A DNA stretch of 63,966 nucleotides, the filler included, from Pelomyxa schiedti (lineage: Eukaryota; Protista; Evosea), in NCBI GenBank assembly GCA_020536535.1. It is 11 parts of 11 records of this genome, joined end to end, with 100 filler letters (N's around TTAATTAATTAA, not from the genome) between each part and the next. Parts side by side here need not be neighbours in the genome. Positions count along the whole stretch, not along the records: positions 11,427 to 41,723 come from JAHLWZ010000042.1; 10 more parts are not named here. The stretch is one strand, 5' to 3'. This document shows, in pieces, positions 23,301 to 33,164 of this stretch. How positions within the stretch are numbered: the first letter of the stretch is position 1; each line of letters starts with the position of its first letter. Below the pieces are notes generated by a model. It was given only the letters and a program-made list of their open reading frames with translations, made no database searches and was not told the origin of the DNA. The position numbers were made by a program, and so were the translations under genes.

Positions 23301-26105
23301 GTCATATCCATCAAGAATGAACAGGACCCGCTTGCTTGCCTTGATTTCATCAATGTTGTTCTGGGAGAACCCAAGCCCAACGAAAGTCTTCTCGAAAATG
23401 TTTTTTCCTGGATTCTTGATGGTTGCGAGTGAGATGAACATTGGGATCACCTTGCAACTCTCATAGGACTCCCACAGAACCTTCTCCAAGAAGTGCCCAA
23501 ACGTGGACTTTCCTGTTCCACCAGACCCAACAAGCACCAGAGTCTTGGTTGAAGGGAAAGGCACCGCTGAAGTGGAGGACAGTGCGGTTGTTGAGGAGGA
23601 TGTGTGGGAGCTGCCACATTGTGCAGCTGTCATATTGAGTTCAAGATTCAAGAATTTCCGGAGCAGAATCTCCTTCAACGGCTGTGCCACTTTGTCAAGG
23701 GTACTCTCCCGGCAATCAGGTTCAACATATGTCTTGAACAGAGTTTCAAGCTGTGGATCTTCCAATGTACGATTCCTGAGGTCCATAACTTGATCATCAA
23801 CCGAGTCATTGAGGGTTGTCAAAATCTCGGCCTTGGATTTGATGAATAGCTCGGCAGTGCTCAAAGTCTCTTCCACTGGTGTGGTCTGTGGCTTTGTCAG
23901 TGGGAGCAACATCTTGAACTGTAAAATCGGGTGGATGTTGGCAATATCTCCAGGTGCCAAGGGGCCAGCAGGGACTGGATTTTTTCGCATGTAAATGAGG
24001 AAGTTAGTTTTAAAAGGATTCAGGAGCCCAATGGCCTCAGCAGAGAAATTTGCCTTGCTCAAATTCAGCTTGTCATCAAAGCAAGAGATGACATCGGCTG
24101 TCGGTTGTTCCTTCTGAGTCTGCAGAGGGGGAAGAGTTGAAATGTCAATGAAATCTGGCGCTCCAGAGGGCCTGGGCACCACATACAACCAGAGCTCCTG
24201 ATTGGAGATGTAAGCCAGAGTTGGTCGGACCATTTCGGGAGTGGCTCTGTCCAACTTACGTCTCTGTGGGAAACTGGCAGTTCCAAAGTTGATCCTGTGT
24301 TTGAGGTCTCTGTTTCTCTGGCTTTTTGCCTCTTCTCCCTGAATGAACTTCATCACTTCACCCAAAATTTGCCATGCAGTGTTTCCAATTGGAGCCGGCA
24401 TCGTGGAATATTCTCGCAGTTTTCTGATGACCACCATCATCAGCCCGACTTCCGAGTTGAAGAAATTCATCAGTGCACTGTCACGGTGATCTTCTCCAAT
24501 CAGAATTCCCTTGAGCTGAGCCAGTGCCCATTTTTTCATCTCAATATTCTCAGGTGGCTCTGATCTGATCACGTTGTCAAGGAGATTGACATATCCCAGG
24601 CTGAAATCATGCTCTCCTTCCAACACTGCATTGAGTTGGCCTTTGAGCTCAACAGCTTTCCTTTTTCTCCTCTCTGCGACATTGGAAACTCCCTCCTTTG
24701 GATCCAGCAAATCAAGTTTTTCGGCTGTGGCACCAGAGGTGGCTTTGGAATGAGAAGCTGCTTTCTCTTCCTCTGCTGCCAAGTCGGCGTCCTTGCTCAA
24801 AGAATCAGCGTGACGGAGACCGAATTTCCTGGACTCAGAGTATATCTGTTGAATGGTGTCCTTCAGTCTCTCCTGTTCCTCCGGTTCCAACGCTTTCATC
24901 TCCTTCGCGCCGACAGTGAGCTGCCAGAGCATCAAGTCAATGAAAAACAGCAAGTCCATCCACAATTCATTGTGAATGTCAGCGAAGCACTCCTTGAGCT
25001 CGGAGAAGTAGTTGAATACCTCTCGTGTATCGTATTGCATGGCAATATTGGCCATCGCACCGACTGCCATGTATGCATGCCCGAGTCGAACAACAACTTC
25101 CTTCAGAGGATAGCCGTTGTCTTGAATTCGTTGTACATTCTGCTTGGCAACTTCTGCCTCGGCGGCGACGTAACACTCGAGGCTCTTGTAGTTGGCGTAT
25201 CTGTCTTTCAGAGCCTGAAGTGTTCCAAGTGACTTCTTCTTGATCTGTTCACTAAGGCCCTTGACACCTGATGCCCACATCGCACGGAGAAACTTATTGA
25301 CAACCCTGAGTATCTGGAACACCCTCTCTGCACTTTGCTGCTGTGCCTGCAAAATCTCGAGCTTCCCAATGAGCATCCGATAAGTCGAAACCAGGTCTTC
25401 AACTGGAATGTGACGGGAAGAGCACTGGAACAGAACCTCAGCCAGGCCCTCAATCATAGGCACATCAAAGAACGTGTTCTGGTCGATTGTGTTGACAAGT
25501 CCCGACACGAGCATCTGAACCACTTCGCTGTCGTCAACCCTTGCAAGCTGCACGATTTCATCGATCAGGGCAGGAGTCTTGCTCGGCGTTGACATGAAGT
25601 TGTCGATCATCTTGATTGCCAGGCTCTGAAGAACCCGTTGACCGGCTTTGTCCGTGAAAATGAGAGGGCACCTGAAGTGGCGGTCTGCATCGGCGTCGTC
25701 CAGAGTGGCTTTTGAGCCTTGAATTGCCACAGAAGTCGACTCTGGAAGGTACTCTGAGCAGAACGCCTTTGTGGAATCTGCGATTCTTTGGAGCAGTCTT
25801 CTTCCCTGGGGCGCCCTTTCTGCAGTTGCAACAGGTGATGCACCTGTTGTCAACTTGTGCTGAGGAGTCATGAAAGTCTGGAGCTTCTCCAATCTGTCCC
25901 TCACGAGCGCTTCCTTGTCGTAGGAGAGCATCGCCACGAGTTGAGCTCCAGTGTTTACGTTTTGAACTCGCTTTGCGCGAGACTCCTGAAGCGCAACTGG
26001 AACTGCCGTGCTGGGCATGGCCTGTGCGCTCTCATCATTGTGGGATGATGTGGATTCACTGGTGTGATGATTACGATGACTCGAGGCGTCGGCTGTGGGC
26101 ATCAT
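17211..26105 (-). CDS. Giant NLR-like STAND protein (about 2950 aa): ARM-like, NACHT NTPase, DC1-like insert, pentapeptide repeats, degenerate WD40/propeller, DC1 zinc fingers, RS tail
   Basis: Walker A GSGGTGKST (about 23502-23528), Walker B ILDGYDE (about 23300-23320), VSSRPE, TPLILK, FLHKSLQEYF, ADLRYIHINGADLTGGIFGAANLGKADLSD. A predicted 51-nt intron at 18266-18316 joins ORF 18282-26183 in frame to ORF 17211-18251. First ATG is 26105. Confidence 0.88.
17246..17400 (-). repeat. Hexanucleotide repeat encoding an (RS)n tract
   Basis: Minus-strand AGC-(CGA/CGG/CGT/AGA) units. The variation is synonymous only in the Ser-Arg frame. Confidence 0.85.
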
Positions 26106-26303
26106 CGTTTTGCTTCTCTTTGGTTGTTCTTTGAAACGACAACTCTGTGATCGGACCAACTTTTTCTCACTCTTTCGTAACAAGTTTCTCGAAAAAACAA
26201 TCTCGGGATTTCGCTTTAGTGGGATGTAAACACAACAAATGGAATACGTAAGTTGTAGGTGGGAACGTTTGGGAGAGAGCTGACCATGAGTGATATTGAG
26301 TCA

Positions 26304-26470
26304 TGTTGTACAACACACAGCTCCAACGCACCCGACATACGGTTTTTTCGGCCAGAGGCAGGAATCGCACCGATTTCGCCAAAGCAGATTATGTTGGGTC
26401 TGTGGACCCACAATTAGTCATCATCACCTCAGCAGGAGAGTGACAAAGTTGGTTTTGGGCATGAAGGACT
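26304..26470 (-). pseudogene. Orphan upstream region and first codons of a TRIM-like paralog (MSGALELC..., ATG 26338)
   Basis: Shares CCTTCATGCCCAAAACCAACTTT, TAATCTGCT.TGGCGAAAT and AAAAAACCGTATGTCGGGT.CGTTGGAGCTGTG with 28695-28810. Homology ends near 26304. Confidence 0.75.
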
Positions 26471-26502
26471 TTTACACAGTGTTTTGGCTTTTTTTTTGTT
26501 CG

Positions 26503-27037
26503 TTAATTGGTTGTGACTGTGAGCAGACCATAAATCTCGAATCCAGCTATCAAGAGGTAGTTGCAGTTACTTGAGTCGAGACCAGTCATCACCACACGAA
26601 ACACACTGAACGACGAGGTTGGAGTGGGTGGAGCAGCATCCCACGACCCAACTCCATGTGATCCAACTATTGTCTTGTCATTTGAATGCCTCGTGATGGT
26701 TGTCCATGTTGTGCCGTCGTTTGATCCCCTCAGCTCCCAGTTCCGAATGTAGTCACTGTCGTTGCCGTCGTGCCTGATTGAGTACTTTGACGGCCTCACT
26801 GACCCGCCACATGGTCTCAGGTCCACCTGCCACCAACTGTTCGCCACGTTGGTGGTGTTGTTGCCGCCGTTGTGGTCACGTTCGAGTGCGTTCTGTGGTG
26901 CCCCTTCGTTGGAACAGGACCACGAGGCGATGACGAGGCCCGAGTTGTGGGGGTTGACATAATTGGGAGTGTGGTTGCCGGGGTTGTGCCTTGGATCGGG
27001 AGTGGTTCCCAACCACCACATGACACCTTGATGGTCC
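26503..27037 (-). CDS. C-terminal discoidin/F5-8C-like (HECTD1-type galactose-binding fold) exon of a TRIM-like paralog; 5' part in gap
   Basis: GVMWWLGT...NSWWQVDL...PSKYSIRH...IRNWELRGSNDG..WTTITRH...FRVVMTG...IAGFEIYG. About 90% aa identity to 28855-29373. Confidence 0.8.
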
Positions 27038-27137
27038 NNNNNNNNNNNNNNNNNNNNNNNNNNNNNNNNNNNNNNNNNNNNNNNNNNNNNNNNNNNNNNN
27101 NNNNNNNNNNNNNNNNNNNNNNNNNNNNNNNNNNNNN

Positions 27138-28727
27138 GGTCCCAAGCCACCACATGATTCCTTGTTGGTCCCAGTTGCTGCTGAATGTGAACTCACGTGT
27201 GACAACTGGCGGTCAATTGTTAGTTAGGGCTGAAATAACCAAAATAAAAATACAGAGTGACACTGACTCGGGAGGACAAAAGAAAAACATAGTACACAGA
27301 CACACTGACATACTGATTGGAGTCGAGAGAGTAGCGAATGGGGAGCTCCTTCCGTGGATTCCGTTCGATTCTGCCCTCACGCTCACCATGTATGTGGTTC
27401 CCATTGACAGGCCTCCAACTGTGATCCTGGGGTCACTCCCGCAATGGAGCTCCTGTTGCTCTTGTTGTTGTTTCCTGGACACAAAAACAGTGTATCCTGT
27501 CAGGATGGCTGCCTTTGTTGGTGGAGGATCCCATGAGAGAATGAGGGACGTTGCTGTTGATTGGCACAAGCGTGGCTGCCCCGGTCTCCCAATCGCTTCC
27601 TCTATTTTGTGGTTTGTTTTTATGTTTCATGGCGGCGAGTCGGCGATACCCACCAGGAGGGAGAATGACACCCAGTGATGATATTGCTTTAAGGCATGCG
27701 GTTTTGTCAAGAATTGTGAAAACTCCATCATTTTCGCACGGCCGGAGCTTCTCTGAGTTGTACAGAGCACCCTCTACTATCTTTGTTTTGATTTGTGAGT
27801 TGTGGGGTTTTTGTTGAAGAGTAAACAAACCAACCTGCAGTGTTTCTGAGGACTGTTTTCGAGCTCTCATCACAGATTCGTTCGAGGAAGAGTTCATGGC
27901 AGCCAATGAATATGAGCAAGCACCCTCAAGACGTTCGGAGATTGTTGTCAACACGGATTTCTGTTGATTCAGTCTTTCAACTGGAGTTATAATGATTTGT
28001 TGGCACAATCATCTTTAGGTTATCTTTCACCTGTTTTTGCACAAATATTTGAAGACTGTTGGTTCAGTAAGTCAATCCTGTTTCTCAAGAGATTCTGCAA
28101 CTCTGCTCCAACCTTGTTCACTTCCGCCTGAAATGGGGCACGTTTCTGATAGTTGTGGGTAACAAAGAAATTGAGACTTAAAGATTTTGAGAAAGTGTGC
28201 CATTCAACCTGTTCAACAGATGCAATGAGGTTCTCCAGCTGTTGCACTGCCACATCAACCTTGCTCTTTTGGTCGAGGCACCTCTTGGACAAAGCTGCAA
28301 TCTGGTCTGTAGATGCCACAGAGTCGGAACCTAGGGGCCTGTTGGTCTCCATAGTTCCTTTCCACACTGTGATACTGCCACCTGTGTAACGGCCGAGCAC
28401 TTGGCGCACTTCACTTCAACTGTGTCTGGAAGCTGCAGACGAAAACTCACCTGGGTAACACAGAGTGACCAAAAAAAAAAAACATCGAACGTAGAACGCA
28501 CAGCTGCTTCATCACTTCCCTGTTTCAACAGTGCCAAAGAATACTGCTTTGCCACGCAACTTACAACACATTCGCGACAAATCCGGTCTCCACACTTCAT
28601 TGAGTCAGTCCGTGAAGTGAAAAAACAGATGCAAAAAAACGAAGGGAACAGGCAAACGGACCACAGGAGGATCCTTGAAATCACAGAGACAACATGTTGT
28701 ACAGCACAGCTCCAACGTACCCGACAT
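27138..28727 (-). pseudogene. TRIM-like paralog lacking B-boxes (RING, coiled coil, FN3, start of discoidin domain), apparent frameshift
   Basis: MSGTLELCCTTC..CGDRICREC..VKCAKC. The reading frame shifts near 28350 relative to the paralog (ETNR lies in another frame). Coiled coil and FN3 (LSWDPP..GYTV..YMVSVRAES) follow. Confidence 0.6.
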
Positions 28728-28854
28728 ACGGTTTTTTTTTGGGAAGGCAGGAAATTTCGCCACAGCAGATTAGTAATCAAAAAAGTTGGTTTTGGGCATG
28801 AAGGCGGACCAACCTCGGACGGAACTGGCACAACACACATAACTTTTTTGTTCA

Positions 28855-31646
28855 TTAATTGGTTGTGACTGTGAGCAAACCATAAATCTCGAATCCGGCT
28901 ATCAAGAGGTTGTTGCTTTTACTTGAGTCGAGACCAGTCATCACCACACGAAACACACTGAACGACGAGGTTGGAGTGGGTGGAGCAGCATCCCACGACC
29001 CAACTCCGAATTTTGCATCGATTGTCTGGTCATTTGCATGCCTCGTGATGGTTGTCCATGTTGTGCCATCGTTTGATCCCCTCAGCTCCCAGTTCCGAAT
29101 GTAGTCAGTGCCGTTGCTGTCGTGCCTGATTGAGTACTTTGACGGCCTCACTGACCCGCCACATGGTCTCAGGTCCACCTGCCACCAACTGTTCGCCTCA
29201 TTGGTGGTGTAGTTGCCGCCGTTGTGGTCACGTTCGAGTGCGTTCTGTGGTGCCCCACAGTTGGTACTGGACCACGAGGCGATGACGAGGCCGGAGCTGT
29301 GGGGGTTGACATAATTGGGAGTGTGGTTGCCGGGGTTGTGCCTTGGATCGGGAGTGGTTCCCAACCACCACATGACACCTTGATGGTCCCAGTTGCTGCT
29401 GAACGTGAACTCGAGCCTGGTTTCTGTGGGCCAATTTTAGTTTGATGCACAATGCCACGATGAAGAAAGCCATCTCATTGCAAAAAAAAAAAAAAAAAAA
29501 GAAGTTGATGAGCGATGAATAACAAACAACAGTCACACATAACACATACAACACACTCACCGTTTGTGGTTGAGAGCGCCTTGAAGGGGGAGTTCCTTCC
29601 ATGGATCCCATTTGACTCGGCCCTCACACTCACCATGTATGTGGTTCCCTTCGTCAGCCCACCAACTGTGATCCTGGGGTCACTCCCGCATTGGTGTTGT
29701 TGTGGTTCTTCTTCTTGTTGGTTGTTGTTGTTGCGTTGTTCTTCCTGCTGCTGTTGCCTGGACACAAACACCGTGTATCCTGTCACTCTGTTTCTTGTTG
29801 CTTTTGTTGGTGGTGGTGGAGGAGGAGGGTCCCATGAGAGAGTGAGGGATGTTGGGCTCGCTTGGCATATCTTAGGTTGCCCTGGTGCACCGATTGCTTC
29901 TTCTGTCGGCATTATGTCAGTGTTTGTTTGGTGGAATGCAGTCTTTCTTTGATCGCGTGGTGAGTGAACACACACCAGGAGGGAGAATGACACCCAGTGA
30001 TGATATTGCTTCACGGCATGCTGTTTTGTCAAGGATTGAGAAAATTTCGTCACGTTCACACGGCTCGAGGTTCTCTGAATTGGATGACACACGCTCCACT
30101 GTCTTTGTGTTTTGCAGGGTTGTGGTTTTTTTGTTTCATTCGAGTGTAAAAGGCAACTTACCTGCAGTGTTTCTGAGGAATGTTTTTGGGCACTGATCAC
30201 ATAAACGTTGGAAGAAGAGTTCAATGCAGACAACGAACAGGAGGAAGCACCCTCAAGATGCTCAGAAATTGTTGTCAACATGGATTTCTGACGATTCAGT
30301 CTTTCAACTGGACATTGTTGTGTGTTTTATTTTATTTTATTTTGTTTTGTTTTGTTAGTTCGGAGCACCCACCACCCTCTCTTTCAGTTTCAAACCTGTT
30401 TTTTCGCAAATATTCGAAGACTGTTGGTTCAGGAAGTCAATCCTGTTTCTCAAGAGATCCTGCAACTCTGCTCCAACCTTGTTCACTTCAGCTTGAAATG
30501 CTGTGTGTTTCTGACCAATGAAAATGGGTGGGTAATTAAATGGTTTGTGTTTACGGTTTGTGTGGAATATAAATAAATGTTCAGGCTTCCAAAATGGCTT
30601 CAACCTGTGTGACAGATGCGATTACGTTCTCCAACTGTCGCACTGCCGCATCGACCTTGTTCTTTTGGTTCCGGCATCTCTTGGACAAGTTTTGCAAGTC
30701 TGATTTGCTGGCAGCAATTTGGTCTGAAAGTTCAAGCAGTTTATGTCCCTGTATCACAACCAGTGGTGAGAGGTTTAAACAGCCAAAGAAGTTTCACCTG
30801 ATGTGAAGTGACCGCGCAGACGGAGCACATTAAGGTTGTGCAGTTCACACAGTACAACTCGATTTCTTTCTTGGGGTGTTTGGGACAATTGCCTGTTTTG
30901 AGATTATGATGAGCAGCTCAAAACCTTTTGAAGGGGTGTGCCTACTGAGCACTTCCGGAATTGCTTGCGTCAAAGGAAGCTTTGGATGAGTTGCAAAAAT
31001 CGGTCTTCTGTGAGCTCCAACCCAACATGTGTCACACAGAGACCCACAGACAGAACAGTGAGCAGTAGCCGGCTGCCCACAGTCCACACACACCACTGAA
31101 CCCCCTGTTTTATGTGTTAGGTGTGGTGGATACACTTCGCAATTTCGGAAAAAAACCAGTGGCATGTTCCCTCTGATGGAGAATTTCAACAAGGTGCCGG
31201 TTGGTCTCGAGAGCCTTGGCGCCTCGTGACACCGACGCTGGTGTCACCATTGAGCACTTGACACACTTCACTTCAACTGTGTCTGGAGGCTGCTGCATAC
31301 AGAACAAAAAAAAAAAAAAAAAAAGAGAGGGAATTGATGGTACTCAGTAAAAAATAAATGCCCGAAAGAGGAGTGTTTTTCGTGTTGTCACTCACCAAAA
31401 CAGATTTGTCATCACCCAATTTCGACAGGGCGAGAGCACATTGAGTTGCCATGCAACTGACAACGCACCCACGACACATGCTGTCCCCGCACTATTTATT
31501 GGTCGTTGGTCAAACAAACCCCGGACGTGGGAGAAGAAAAAAGCAAGAAACACCTTTAAAACCACGGGATCAACGAAAACGTTGAGACAGTAAGGGCAGC
31601 ACAGTCCCGTCGACTCACTCAACGACGTCGCCGTAGAACCTGCCAT
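28855..31646 (-). CDS. TRIM/RBCC-like E3 ligase: RING, B-box1, B-box2, coiled coil, FN3, discoidin/F5-8C-like domain; complete, multi-exon
   Basis: RING CPYC..CGDSMCRGC..CVKC. B-box1 CVDC..AHCSVC..LCDTCWVGAH..H. B-box2 CPKH..LYCVNC..MCSVC...H|GH. Then coiled coil, FN3 and discoidin exon. Splice sites are consistent in phase where checked. Confidence 0.85.
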
Positions 31647-32224
31647 GCAAAAAATAACAGAAAAACAACGAAAAACAACAAGTCGAATTTGGCGTTAGAA
31701 AGTTTTAGCGATCCGGAGCGGAAAGCCATGGCCGCTTAGAGAGAGAATAGGGAACAATAGAGTAGAGAGAAAAGAGGGTGATTTTACGTGCCCTTGTGAG
31801 ACATGAGGAGGTTTGTAGGCCGTTTCAGAACCCACATCCAGCAGACCTAAATCACACCCACCCAAACCGGACCAGATCGGCGAAAGTTCTATCATCAGTC
31901 GCAGTGACACACACTGGACAGAACTATCCTAAAGGATTAGAAGTTATAGAAATAAGAGAGAACACTTTTGTTCGCTTGCCGACTTTCGTTTCGGACATCT
32001 ACGAGGGCTTGTCTTACAGGTTTAGTCTCGAAATCATCTTTGAGAGGAAAACGGGTCGATTCGAGTAGATTTTTGTGCCGTGATGGTGCCTCGCTTTGTT
32101 TTGGTTTTTTCCACTTTGAGTTTTAATCTCGACTGGCAACTGTAAGGTTGAAAGAAAACAATTGGATAAGTCACAATGTGAGGGTTTTCCCTGCATGATG
32201 GGGGTTCCATACAACTCTGAAATT

Positions 32225-32988
32225 TTAGAACTTTTTATGCTTTTTGTGCACGTGTTTGGTGACGGAAATCTAGACTGGGTGTTAAACGAACGTCTCCAGG
32301 AAGCAACATACCTCATCATCTACAAGCTTGTAAGAATAAGTTGTCAGTACAGTGCCTTCAACTGAAAGAACCATAAAAGTTGGTACAGCGTCCCTAGTTT
32401 ATTTGACTCTACAATTTAATAGGGTTTTTCTACCTGTTCGTTTCATTGGAAGTGCCAGTAGCAGTACCGGGGTTTAGGAACAGTTTTCCACTCTTCTCAA
32501 TTAAATGCGTTTGTGTATGTCCTTTGCGGTTTCAGTAAAAAAACGAAATATTGAACAGCAAGCAGAATTGGACAGAAACCTGTTATTACAACATCAGAGT
32601 CTGTCATCCTCTGTATATACTCCAAAGCCTCAGTGCCCCTATATTCGTCCTGGTGAGCATGGCAAATGCCAACTGTGAATTTCTCAATATCCACAACTTT
32701 GACGTCCGGGTAACCACTTTGCAGCTACTTGACACTTAATTCCACCACAAAAAGAAATCAAGATAAAAAACAAAAAAAGAGGAAAAGTACATCGTCGCAG
32801 TCACCTCCAACAATGTCTACACGCTCTGCGAGAGTTCGAAAATACTCCTCTACTTCTTTCGAGCACAGATTGCCAGTGCATATCACCCATTGCATTTTAT
32901 TGGGAGTCAAAAGATCCAGGAACTTCTTGGGCAACGACGCAGCTCGCGTCGGAATGTAAAGGTCTCCAATGACCAACACCAACACCAT
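32225..32988 (-). CDS. VPS29: Retromer subunit VPS29 (metallophosphoesterase fold)
   Basis: MVLVLVIGDLYIPTRAASLPKKFLDLLTPNKMQWVICTGNLC, ICHAHQ, LFLNPGTATG, PTFMVL, TYSYKLVDDE. Confidence 0.87.
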
Positions 32989-33164
32989 CGTTTCGGCAGT
33001 TAAAATTATTGATCTCGAGGATAACGGTTCGGTTCCAGTGTTGAGGTCGAGTTGGCGTCCAACCATAAGGCCACGTACACTGCAATCGGACTCGAACTCT
33101 TGAGCAGTTTTTTGCTTGAGACCCTCACAGATAGTTGAGATTGTAAATTATTACAGCAAGGAAG

